DNA from: a virus | Virus record (IMG/VR): IMGVR_UViG_3300008116_000004 | DNA length: 64,000 nt | Reading direction: 5' to 3' (one strand) | Shown here: positions 45,073 to 54,114 of the stretch, in pieces | Layout of the letters: every line of letters begins with the position of its first letter | Numbering within the stretch: position 1 is the first letter of the stretch | Translations under genes and position numbers: made by a program | The notes under the pieces: model-generated | Seen by the model: only the letters and a program-made list of their open reading frames with translations | Database searches by the model: none | Told to the model about the DNA's origin: nothing

Positions 45073-45365
45073 TGAACAGACGTAGTCTATTTGGAGTGAT
45101 TGCTTTATCGCCTATTATGGCAGTAGAAGCATTTGCTAATGAAAAGCCAACAGGAGAGCCTTTAGAAGATTCAGTAAAAATGACTCTTATGGGAGCTAAG
45201 AAGAAAGACGGTACAATGATGTATCTTGGAAATGGTTCTTCTATGACTCTTGGTAACTTTCCTCAATATGATCCTGATAAACAGGTATCAATGTCAGTAG
45301 GTGAAGATGGTAATCTTTGGTTAAAGAGTAAAGATGGTCAATGGAAAAGGGTAGTAACAGAATGA
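45069..45365 (+). CDS. Exported protein with a twin-arginine-like signal
   Basis: MNRRSLF..hydrophobic..AFA. Confidence 0.65.
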   Translation: MMNRRSLFGVIALSPIMAVEAFANEKPTGEPLEDSVKMTLMGAKKKDGTMMYLGNGSSMTLGNFPQYDPDKQVSMSVGEDGNLWLKSKDGQWKRVVTE

Positions 45366-45709
45366 GTAATATCGTAGAAGAAATCTTAAAGAATGAAATT
45401 GAAGTATTGAAGTCTAAGTATCTTCCCGAGGACACAGGACATCTTCGTACTGCTGTATCTGTATTGGAAGAACGTCTTAAAGAACTTCCTGTATCAGATC
45501 AAGCATACTTAACTGCTCATAACATCCAGCTTGAGATGATGAAGAGCTTTGATGAGAGGCTTGATGGGTATGCTAGAAATGAAGTATGGAACCGTCAATG
45601 GGCTATTGAGCAATCATTGAAATTTAATGAATCTAATAAATATGTGCAAACAGTAGATTCAATTATCGAGACTGCTGATAGGTTTTACAATTACGTTAAT
45701 AACAAGTAA
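45341..45709 (+). CDS. Hypothetical protein
   Basis: DTGHLRTA.SVLE.R motif. Confidence 0.7.
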   Translation: MEKGSNRMSNIVEEILKNEIEVLKSKYLPEDTGHLRTAVSVLEERLKELPVSDQAYLTAHNIQLEMMKSFDERLDGYARNEVWNRQWAIEQSLKFNESNKYVQTVDSIIETADRFYNYVNNK

Positions 45710-45712
45710 AAG

Positions 45713-45737
45713 AAAAGGGGGCCGAAGCCCCCTTTAT
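45713..45737. terminator. Bidirectional intrinsic terminator after gp23
   Basis: aaaaggggg-ccgaag-cccccttt hairpin between convergent genes. Confidence 0.8.
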
Positions 45738-45765
45738 TAGTTGAGCAGGTTGATCCTGCTTTTTA

Positions 45766-47112
45766 TTACATGATGTTTGTAACAAGTACTCTACGATAGT
45801 AAGCGTTAGTACCACCAGTGATAGCACCGTCGTTAGCAGCACCTGGTGTACCCTGTACTGAACGAGCAAATGGATTTGCAACCATTCCGTAACGAGTCTT
45901 GAAGCCGATCTTTGGCTGGAAGTCAGACTGACCAACTGCACGAACCATCTGAAGTGGTACGTATGGGCAGTAGAAGATACCAGCGTCGAATGCATTAGAA
46001 CCCTTATAACCGATAGTCATATAGTTACCAGTAGTATATGGGTCAATGTAAACGCGGAAGCGACCATTTAGGATACCTGCGAAAGTATTGCCTGTGTCAT
46101 CAACCTGAAGGTTGTTTGAGTTAAGAGCAGGAGCATAATCAAGAACACCAGCCATCTGAAGAGCAGATGCAACGTCTGATGAACAGATTACGATGTTACC
46201 CTTACCACGACGTGTGTCCTTGGCAATCTTGTTAGCTTCTCTTTCCATGTGGAACATAAGGCCCTTGAACTTTTCAACTGACCAACGGCCGTTTGAATCT
46301 GTATCAAGGTCGAATGTACCTGCAGTTGTTGTGCTGCTATCTTGAGCACCTGCACGAGCTGAAAGGTTGATTGTACGAACAACTTCACGGTTGATTTCAG
46401 CAAGAATTTCTGACTGAAGGATGTTCGCAAGTTCTGTCTCAGCATCAAGACCATGAACTGCCTTAAGATCTTGAGCAAGTTCCATAGTGTATTCTGCTTT
46501 TAGAGCACGTGACTGTGCAGTTACAGAAACCTTATCGATTGAGAAGGCCATTTCTGGGAATGTTAAGCTTGAACCGAAAGCTTCAGCATCTGAAGTTGCA
46601 GCACCACCAGCGAAGTTATATGCATCAGCGCCTGCAGCTGGAACTGTACCAGTCTGTGCGTTACCGATTGTATTAGCACCTGAACGGTATGTACCAAATG
46701 CTGTATTTGCTTCATCATAAAGTGCTTCGTTGCCCTTTGCACTTGAGTTAGCATAGTTAGCACGCATTGCGAAAATAAGACCTGTTGGTCCAGTCATTGG
46801 CTGAACACCGCAGATATCATATGCAACGAGGTTAGGCATAGAACGACGAATCAATGAGATAAGGATAGGATCGTAACCCTGTACACCAGTACCACCATTA
46901 CCACCAAAACCACCTGTTGTTGCAGCATTGACTGGTGTTTCAAAAAGGTTCTGTGCGCCTACGCCACCATTCTGTTCTCTGATAGCCTTCTCAGTATTCT
47001 CAAGTAGAACTGCAGTAACATTGCGACGGTGTGCATCACCAATCTTTGGAAGATCGGAATGCTCAAGTACTGGCTTCCACTTTGCAATTAATTCTTCATT
47101 TAGATAGTTCAT
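45766..47112 (-). CDS. gp23: Major capsid protein (gp23)
   Basis: KW.P.L, GVQPMTGPTGLIFAMR, SRALKAEYT.ELAQDLKAVHGLDAE, FKTRYG; late promoter at 47142-47149. Confidence 0.98.
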   Translation of the reverse strand: MNYLNEELIAKWKPVLEHSDLPKIGDAHRRNVTAVLLENTEKAIREQNGGVGAQNLFETPVNAATTGGFGGNGGTGVQGYDPILISLIRRSMPNLVAYDICGVQPMTGPTGLIFAMRANYANSSAKGNEALYDEANTAFGTYRSGANTIGNAQTGTVPAAGADAYNFAGGAATSDAEAFGSSLTFPEMAFSIDKVSVTAQSRALKAEYTMELAQDLKAVHGLDAETELANILQSEILAEINREVVRTINLSARAGAQDSSTTTAGTFDLDTDSNGRWSVEKFKGLMFHMEREANKIAKDTRRGKGNIVICSSDVASALQMAGVLDYAPALNSNNLQVDDTGNTFAGILNGRFRVYIDPYTTGNYMTIGYKGSNAFDAGIFYCPYVPLQMVRAVGQSDFQPKIGFKTRYGMVANPFARSVQGTPGAANDGAITGGTNAYYRRVLVTNIM

Positions 47113-47154
47113 TTGTATCTCCTTTAGAGTTAATATAAGTTTATTTATGCGAAA

Positions 47155-48234
47155 TTACTTTTTAACGATTTTTGCGATTGAAGAAACATAGCGTGCCATG
47201 TTAGGATCAAGAGAAGCTTCCTTTACAGGCTCTTCTACTGTCTCATTAAGAAGCTGATCTTCAGTAACCTTTACTTCAGCCTTTGATGGGAAGTATGTTT
47301 CCTTGATGATAGCTATCTTTTTGCGAAACTCAGCAACATCAGAAAAGTCGATTGCTTCAGTGAGCTTTACAAACTTATCTTTCTGAGTGTCAGTCATTCC
47401 TTCTGAGAAAGAAGCAGTGATATCTGCTACTTCTTTTGTAGTAACAACTTTCATAAGCTCGATATTCTTTTCAGTTGTTTCATTAAGACGGCTCTTAAGT
47501 TCTTCAACTTCAGCAGCTAATGACTCTACAACGTTAACTTTATCTTCTGGGATATCGATGTAGTGTTCAGTAAATACTGCCTTAAGACCGTTAATGAATG
47601 ACTCAGCAATATCAGTTCTGATATTTTGCTCAATAGCAAGCTTATTTTCTTGGATCCATTCGGCTACAGCATAGTTTAGATATGAATCTACATTTTCAAC
47701 CATTTCAGTTGAAATGTTGTTTACTGATTCTTCTAAATCTGCTGCATATTGTTCTTCTAAGCTCTTTGCTTTAGCTTCGAAATCTTCCTGTACCTTTGCA
47801 ACTTCAAGATTAACTCTAGTTGATACAGCTGCTTCAAAAATTGTAGAAATCTTTGATTTGAAGTCTTCTGATAGATCTTCTGAACCACCAAATACTACTT
47901 CAAGATCTTCTTTTACTGACTGCATTGCATCTGCATGTGCACCAGATGATTTAATTGAAGCTTTGTTTTTATCTGAATTGTCGCCAACTGCATCTTGAGC
48001 TGCTTTGTTAGCGTTATAAATGTCATCGTTTGATTTTGAAATAGTTTCTACTGCCTGTGCAAGAGTGTCAGCACTCATCTTTGATGCATATGCTACCATC
48101 TTTGCAAGAAGGTCAGACTTTGAAACAGTTTCGTTACCAGCGATAGATGCTTGATTTGAAGATGCATCCTCAACAACGGCTTCTGCACCGCTATCGATTA
48201 CTTGATCTTCTTTGTTTAATTCTGTGTCAGACAT
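47155..48234 (-). CDS. gp22: Prohead core scaffold (gp22)
   Basis: LSEDFK.K..TIFEAAV, VD.YL.Y...EW..EN; synteny; late promoter at 48261-48268. Confidence 0.92.
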   Translation of the reverse strand: MSDTELNKEDQVIDSGAEAVVEDASSNQASIAGNETVSKSDLLAKMVAYASKMSADTLAQAVETISKSNDDIYNANKAAQDAVGDNSDKNKASIKSSGAHADAMQSVKEDLEVVFGGSEDLSEDFKSKISTIFEAAVSTRVNLEVAKVQEDFEAKAKSLEEQYAADLEESVNNISTEMVENVDSYLNYAVAEWIQENKLAIEQNIRTDIAESFINGLKAVFTEHYIDIPEDKVNVVESLAAEVEELKSRLNETTEKNIELMKVVTTKEVADITASFSEGMTDTQKDKFVKLTEAIDFSDVAEFRKKIAIIKETYFPSKAEVKVTEDQLLNETVEEPVKEASLDPNMARYVSSIAKIVKK

Positions 48235-48272
48235 TAATTTTCTCCTTAGGTAATTTGAAATATTTATATATT

Positions 48273-48932
48273 TTACATATTTGAAAGAAAATGTTTAAAA
48301 ACTCGTATCTTAGCTTCTTCTAATTGTTTTTTATCTTTTTTAGATGCTGCTTCATTGATTACTTGCTTAGCCTTTTCTAATTGGCTAGCTTTGAGAACAC
48401 CATTATCCCAGATCCATTCTACACCTTCCATGATGCCATTTACGAATGCATCAGGAGCGGATGGATCTGCTACTATGTCAGCAGCAGTAGCTAGATAGAA
48501 ATCTCCTTGGACTTCCATAATACCGTTTCTTTCAACTAGAGAACCCATGCCTCTAGAAGAAACACCTAGAAGAGCACCTTCTTTCATAAGATTACTCACG
48601 ATATTACCATAAGGAGTGTCCATAATTTTAGCACGTCCAATGAAATTATCGCCTTCTTGAACGAGTGATTTAATCATATGAGATACTCGTTCTAGATTGA
48701 TAGATGGTCCAGAAGGATGACCTAGCTCACCGTATGCACGATTTTTATCAATTTGCTCTGCACGGTATCTATCAACTTCTTTAGCAAGAAGCTCAGTAGG
48801 ATATTTACGACCGTTACGGTTCTTTAAATTGCCTTGTAAAAATATACCTTCAATGTAAAGACTCTTTTTGCCTTCTACACCTTCTTCAGTTATAATTTTT
48901 ACGTCTTCTACGACTTCAGTAATGAGTTTCAT
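48273..48932 (-). CDS. gp21: Prohead protease (gp21)
   Basis: IEGIFLQ..KNRNGR.Y, GELGHP, GVSSRGMGS, DPSAPDA. Confidence 0.96.
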   Translation of the reverse strand: MKLITEVVEDVKIITEEGVEGKKSLYIEGIFLQGNLKNRNGRKYPTELLAKEVDRYRAEQIDKNRAYGELGHPSGPSINLERVSHMIKSLVQEGDNFIGRAKIMDTPYGNIVSNLMKEGALLGVSSRGMGSLVERNGIMEVQGDFYLATAADIVADPSAPDAFVNGIMEGVEWIWDNGVLKASQLEKAKQVINEAASKKDKKQLEEAKIRVFKHFLSNM

Positions 48933-48934
48933 TG

Positions 48935-49207
48935 TTAGTTCCTATAAGCAATTTGTACTGCTCTTAAATTAGTTCCAGTTAAAGTATCTGTAGTAGCTTT
49001 TTCTACATTTACAGCTTCATAAGGAGTAAGAGTTACATTAGCGTAAGTAGCAGTAGTGTTTGCAATGGTTAAAACTGTAAGAGAGTTATTAGCATTTGTA
49101 ACTCTTACTAGCTTTGAACCATAAACAGTGTTAGCTGTTGTTAGGCTTATTTCTAAACCGTAATCAGTATTAGCAGATACACTTAAAAATTTATACACAG
49201 CTGACAT
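48935..49207 (-). CDS. Small beta-rich virion-associated protein
   Basis: Located in the head operon. Confidence 0.65.
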   Translation of the reverse strand: MSAVYKFLSVSANTDYGLEISLTTANTVYGSKLVRVTNANNSLTVLTIANTTATYANVTLTPYEAVNVEKATTDTLTGTNLRAVQIAYRN

Positions 49208-49209
49208 TA

Positions 49210-51627
49210 TTAGTACCCTTGCTCCTGAGCAAATTTAAGAAGTTCAGCTTTACCTTCTGCTGTAAGCATTTTTTCATTAAATTTAACTCTATTATTTTCA
49301 GATAAATTGTTGTATAGATTATTTAGGGAAACCTCTTCCGCCATAGTAGATTTACCACTATAAGCTTGACCTTCACCACCGATAGGCTTATTTCCAGTAG
49401 TAGCAGGGAGATCAATCTTTTCCTTAGAAGCGAGTGGATCTTTCTTAATCTTATCTACACTATCTTGAGCCATATTTTCTTTACTAAGAGCCTCTGATAC
49501 TTTTACTGATCTTTTAGGTAATGCTGCCCATCTTACAGCAGGGCGTCCAGTTTTAGGGTTAGTAGCTTGAACTGCAATACGCTCTCTTCTATCCGAAACA
49601 GCAACTTCACCTCTAGCTTCATCTACTTGTGCATCTTCTTTTACTGATTTTGCAAGTGATACCTTAGGACGAGGAGCATCTACTATTGCTTTACCAGTCT
49701 TGAGAGTCTCATGGAATCTATCATGAGAATGTGAAAGTGAATGCTGTATTGCAAGACGATCAGATGCTTTTGCATTCTGAAGCATTGAGAGTGCTTTATG
49801 TGCATGTGCAGATGTTATTGTATGTGTCTTACCGTTATTAAAAGTAACTGGCTTGTTAGCTGAGATTACTTTATGTAACTGTGTATGAATGTTCTTATCT
49901 GCTTCTTGATGATCATCATCACCAGCTGGTTTTGAACCATCCTTACGAGGACGACCGCGCTTGGCTTCATCAACTTGTTCTACTTCTTCCGTGAAGTGAG
50001 ACATTGCAACTGGAGTCTTAGTGCTTGAACCACGATGAGAAAGATGAACAGTATCACCTTCTCTGTGAGCAGTTACCTTAGACTTAGTTTCATCTGTAAA
50101 AGTGGTGCTCTCACCATCTTTTAATTTACCAATTGCTTCTTGATGTTCTGGGTGTAATGGAAAAGAATGAGATGACCCATGGTGTACAGTAATCATTTTA
50201 CCCCATGGGTGTGTAGACTTTTTTACAGAAACTGCTTCTTCTAGTTCTACTTCTTCTTTTTGAACTTTCTTAGAAGCTCTGTCTTTGATTGCTTTCTTTA
50301 ACCAAGAAGGTGCAGAGCCTGGTTCACGTGTTGCTGCATCTCTAGATGCCTTCTTAATATTATCCATTGTTCCTAATGCTTCATCTATTTCAGTTTCTTC
50401 AACTAAAAGATCAACATCATCTTCTTTTTCTTCTCCTAGACGGTTAAGAAAGGAGCCATAATTAGCAGCCATAGAAGAACTTTGAGAATAATTATCTTCC
50501 ATCTCATTTTCTTCTTTATCTTCAGGCTCTTGCTTTACGTTTGGTTCTGAATACATCATATAGTCGTAAACAGAATCAATCATATACTTGGCTTTAGTAA
50601 TCTTTGATTGTAACCATGCTTCAAGTTGAGTATCATTCTCTAACATGTCCGCAAGTACACCAGCTTTATCACAGATAGCATTTAGTTCTGCTTTAGCCAT
50701 TTCACCTTCGTAATCAAAATCAGCTTCTTCAGCTAACTTCTTTTTAGCTCTTAAAAGTTTGAAGTCGTGAGCGTCAATCTTATTATTCTTATTAGCATCA
50801 ATCTTATGTTGATCACCTTTTAAATCTTCTGCTACTCTTTTTGCAGTTGCAGTAGCAATGGCCATCTTCTGTGCCATTGGCATACCAGGATGTTCACGCT
50901 TTAAAGCCTTGGCGACTTCTTCACGCTTTTTCATTTCAGCAGGTGTAAGAGTCTTTTCTTCAACATGTTCTGCTTCTTCTTTAACTTTAGCACCTACGTG
51001 TGTAGCTTGTGCTGCTAGCTTTCTAAGAGCTTCTCTAGAAGGACCAGGTGTAGGTAATGGTTTCTTTTTGAGCATTCTATTGCTTAGAGTATCATTCATA
51101 TGATGTCTAGCAACTTTATCCCAGTTGTTTTTACCACCTTCATCAACTTGCTCTACTTCTTCATTAGCGCGCATTTTAGCGAGAATAGCACCAGCTACTT
51201 TTTTTCCAGCTTCTTCTGAACCATAACGATCAGCAGCTGCTTTAGCAATCTTAGCAAAATTCTTACCGGGCTCGCCTATATCTTTACCTGCACGAGCTGC
51301 AGTAGCAGAAAGAGTAGATTCATTAATTTCTACACCTTCATTTCTTACTGCATCTATTGGCTTGTAATCTTCACCAGGACGTGGATAGGAAACTTCCTTT
51401 ACTTTGAGACCTTTATCATATGCTGCAATATCTGCTTGATTTTCATAAGAAGCAGTTGGAGCATCGTACTCTCTCTTTAGACCTTTGAAAAGAAAATCTT
51501 GATCAGTAACACCAGGTACAATATCTCTGTTAATAGCAACTAGAGAACCATGCATGTCCTTAAAGTTCTTTTCTCCTTGGGAGAGAGGTTGCTGTATTTC
51601 AGCAATGATCTCATTAAACGTTTTCAT
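49210..51627 (-). CDS. Large modular prohead-core/internal head protein
   Basis: MKTFNEIIAE targeting-like start; repeated EEVEQVDE-type linkers; lies between gp67-like and gp21. Confidence 0.75.
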   Translation of the reverse strand: MKTFNEIIAEIQQPLSQGEKNFKDMHGSLVAINRDIVPGVTDQDFLFKGLKREYDAPTASYENQADIAAYDKGLKVKEVSYPRPGEDYKPIDAVRNEGVEINESTLSATAARAGKDIGEPGKNFAKIAKAAADRYGSEEAGKKVAGAILAKMRANEEVEQVDEGGKNNWDKVARHHMNDTLSNRMLKKKPLPTPGPSREALRKLAAQATHVGAKVKEEAEHVEEKTLTPAEMKKREEVAKALKREHPGMPMAQKMAIATATAKRVAEDLKGDQHKIDANKNNKIDAHDFKLLRAKKKLAEEADFDYEGEMAKAELNAICDKAGVLADMLENDTQLEAWLQSKITKAKYMIDSVYDYMMYSEPNVKQEPEDKEENEMEDNYSQSSSMAANYGSFLNRLGEEKEDDVDLLVEETEIDEALGTMDNIKKASRDAATREPGSAPSWLKKAIKDRASKKVQKEEVELEEAVSVKKSTHPWGKMITVHHGSSHSFPLHPEHQEAIGKLKDGESTTFTDETKSKVTAHREGDTVHLSHRGSSTKTPVAMSHFTEEVEQVDEAKRGRPRKDGSKPAGDDDHQEADKNIHTQLHKVISANKPVTFNNGKTHTITSAHAHKALSMLQNAKASDRLAIQHSLSHSHDRFHETLKTGKAIVDAPRPKVSLAKSVKEDAQVDEARGEVAVSDRRERIAVQATNPKTGRPAVRWAALPKRSVKVSEALSKENMAQDSVDKIKKDPLASKEKIDLPATTGNKPIGGEGQAYSGKSTMAEEVSLNNLYNNLSENNRVKFNEKMLTAEGKAELLKFAQEQGY

Positions 51628-51868
51628 CTGTTATTCCTTCGGTTGAATCTGGTTCTATTTGTATATTTTCATCCGGAGAGGTCTCTTGAACTTCTTCTAC
51701 TGGAGCATCTATACCATTAGAAGAACCAAAAACGCTAGCTGCAACGTCTTGATACATACCACCAACAGCATCTGCAACCTTAGATTGCATAATAGAATCT
51801 AATGCACCTTTAAGATTAGCTGCATCTTTATTCCAAGCATAACCAAAAATATCTTCAACGCTACTCAT
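51614..51868 (-). CDS. Prohead core protein (gp67-like)
   Basis: Small acidic protein directly after the portal; late promoter at 51895-51902. Confidence 0.65.
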   Translation of the reverse strand: MSSVEDIFGYAWNKDAANLKGALDSIMQSKVADAVGGMYQDVAASVFGSSNGIDAPVEEVQETSPDENIQIEPDSTEGITDENV

Positions 51869-51903
51869 ATTTCCTCCAAAAAATCTATGTGTTTTATTTA
51901 TAA

Positions 51904-53484
51904 TTACCTTGAATTTCCTGCACCTGGTACATTAGGTTTTAACGGGATTGCAGGAGTTTGTTGTTCTTCTTCTGGTTGAACCTGTGAATTTAAAGTATTA
52001 ATCTCAGATTCTGGCATAGGTTCCATGGAAATCTCTTCCATCATCTGTTTTATATCTTCATCTGTTTGCATGAGTATGTTTTTACGAACCCACATATCTG
52101 AAAAATATTTACCGATAAAAGGCTGAACATTATTTAACAATTGAAGTCTATTAGTTAAAACTTCTGCTTCTTTAAACTCTTCAAAGTGATTATCAATAGT
52201 AAAATCAAAATTAATGTTATTTGCAATCTCAGGCCAGTCAGATTCAGAAACTACACCTTTAAGTATTAATTGCTTTTCTAAAGCTTTTAAAAGTAACTGA
52301 GAGAATCTTCTACGGAGACGACCAATAAATTTTGTAAACTTAACTTCATCTCGAGATATTTCTGCTGCACGTCCTAAATTAAATCCTGCAGAAGAAGGTT
52401 CTAATCTAGACATAGGAACGTTAAGAGATTGAAATAATTTTCTCTGAAAATATTGAACATCTGCCATTTCACCGAGATTTTGACCGGCAGGTAGTGTGGT
52501 TATTTCTGTACCACGATTACCTTCACGACGAGGTAACCAATAATCTTCTAGCATAGTCATATACTTACGATCGTCACGAATTTCACCAGTAGCAGCATCA
52601 TATACTAGTCGGTTTTTATGGCGAACCATCATATCTCTTAGATATTGTTCTGCTTTTGCTTTAGGAAGATTACCGACATCAATATAGAAGATACGGCGTT
52701 CAGGAGCGCGAGAGATACGATAAATGACAGTAGCATCTTCTAATGTTCTTAATTGATTAAGAGGTTTAATTGCTTTTTGTAGATAAGAATACACCATTGC
52801 ATTATTCTTATCCATAAGACCTGAAGTACAGTGTAAAATAGCATCGGTAGCTATTCTTATACCTGCAGTACTAGTAGTATCCATTGGAACACCAGCATTA
52901 CCACCAGCAGGTAAAAAAGTACGGTCGTTATAAACATAATACTCTCTTTGAGTATTTGTTACTGTAATTCCACTTTTAGATTTTCTTCTTACTTCGCGAA
53001 CTTTACGGATTTTACGTGGATCAACATAGCGAAGTTCTTTAATACCATTACGAGGATTTTCTTCATCGATGATAACATGATAGTACATTCTACCATCAAT
53101 ATACCATCTTTTAAATAATTCGTATGCTTCGTTTTGAAAATTAAATAATTCAAGAATAGTATCAAACTCATCTCTGATCTTATCTTTTACTGAATCAGAG
53201 TAGTTAAGTTTATCCGTATTAAGTTCTACTATAGAACTAGCATCTGTATCAATAGCTTCATTGACAATATCATCTATTGCCATTTCTATTTCTGGATGTA
53301 AAGATACTTCACGGTATTTTGAGACAAGTTCAGCTTCTGTGCGTGCAGTGCCGTCTAGGTCAATATATGTACCGTAAGCACCACCAGCTGCTACTACGAG
53401 AGCACCGTCGTCTTTTACCTCTGGGGCAAAAGATTCAACAGGCTCTTCCTTTGCTCTTTTGATTTCAAATCCAAATAATTGCAT
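51904..53484 (-). CDS. gp20: Portal protein (gp20)
   Basis: LFGF.I, WYIDGR, YRISRAPERRIFYIDVGNLP, EDYWLPRREG; late promoter at 53516-53523. Confidence 0.98.
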   Translation of the reverse strand: MQLFGFEIKRAKEEPVESFAPEVKDDGALVVAAGGAYGTYIDLDGTARTEAELVSKYREVSLHPEIEMAIDDIVNEAIDTDASSIVELNTDKLNYSDSVKDKIRDEFDTILELFNFQNEAYELFKRWYIDGRMYYHVIIDEENPRNGIKELRYVDPRKIRKVREVRRKSKSGITVTNTQREYYVYNDRTFLPAGGNAGVPMDTTSTAGIRIATDAILHCTSGLMDKNNAMVYSYLQKAIKPLNQLRTLEDATVIYRISRAPERRIFYIDVGNLPKAKAEQYLRDMMVRHKNRLVYDAATGEIRDDRKYMTMLEDYWLPRREGNRGTEITTLPAGQNLGEMADVQYFQRKLFQSLNVPMSRLEPSSAGFNLGRAAEISRDEVKFTKFIGRLRRRFSQLLLKALEKQLILKGVVSESDWPEIANNINFDFTIDNHFEEFKEAEVLTNRLQLLNNVQPFIGKYFSDMWVRKNILMQTDEDIKQMMEEISMEPMPESEINTLNSQVQPEEEQQTPAIPLKPNVPGAGNSR

Positions 53485-53542
53485 AATATGTCCTTAAGAA
53501 AGAGAGCCGCTATAGTATTTATAACGGCTCTCGATCTTAATC

Positions 53543-54094
53543 TTAAGCACCGCCTGCATTACCAGTAACGCCATTTAATACCTCAAATGTATCGTACTGG
53601 AATGTAACTTGGAACTCTTCAATTTCATCTACTGAAGCCCAAGCAAGATCAATTGGAGCGATTGCTTCTGGATAAATTCCGTTGAACTGATATGTTCTAA
53701 GAATTTCACCAGCTTTACCAAATTGAGTAACAGTTGCTTGTGATTTGTAGTTAGAAGGAGCTCCAGTTCCTAATGCAGTAACGTTTTGCTGATAAAGCTG
53801 AATGGAGTTATTCCATTGTTCCATAGCATTACGTACTAGGAAGTCTTCATCATTGATGATTGTAACAGTCCATGGATCGAATCTACGATCACCTGCCATC
53901 TTAAGTCTTCTTCCAAAGTAAGGTACTTCAATAAGACCTAGAATTGAACTAGGAATCTGAGCAGTCTTACAAAGGAAAGGTAACTTAAGATCAGCTACTG
54001 GATTTACTGGGTTGCTGATAATCACCTGGAAGAGACTTGGACGCGCACCACCAAAGGTAAGCTGGGCGCGGATATCATTAATATTGAACGCCAT
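53543..54094 (-). CDS. gp19: Tail tube protein (gp19)
   Basis: GARPSLF, AGDRRF.PWT.T..NDEDF, IEEF.VTF.Y. Confidence 0.95.
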   Translation of the reverse strand: MAFNINDIRAQLTFGGARPSLFQVIISNPVNPVADLKLPFLCKTAQIPSSILGLIEVPYFGRRLKMAGDRRFDPWTVTIINDEDFLVRNAMEQWNNSIQLYQQNVTALGTGAPSNYKSQATVTQFGKAGEILRTYQFNGIYPEAIAPIDLAWASVDEIEEFQVTFQYDTFEVLNGVTGNAGGA

Positions 54095-54114
54095 TTTTGT
54101 GTTCCTCCCTTACC

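Noticed and set aside
42229-45766. Absence of gp24 vertex, hoc and soc after gp23
   Set aside because: Normal for non-enteric T4-like phages; such genes may also lie outside the window
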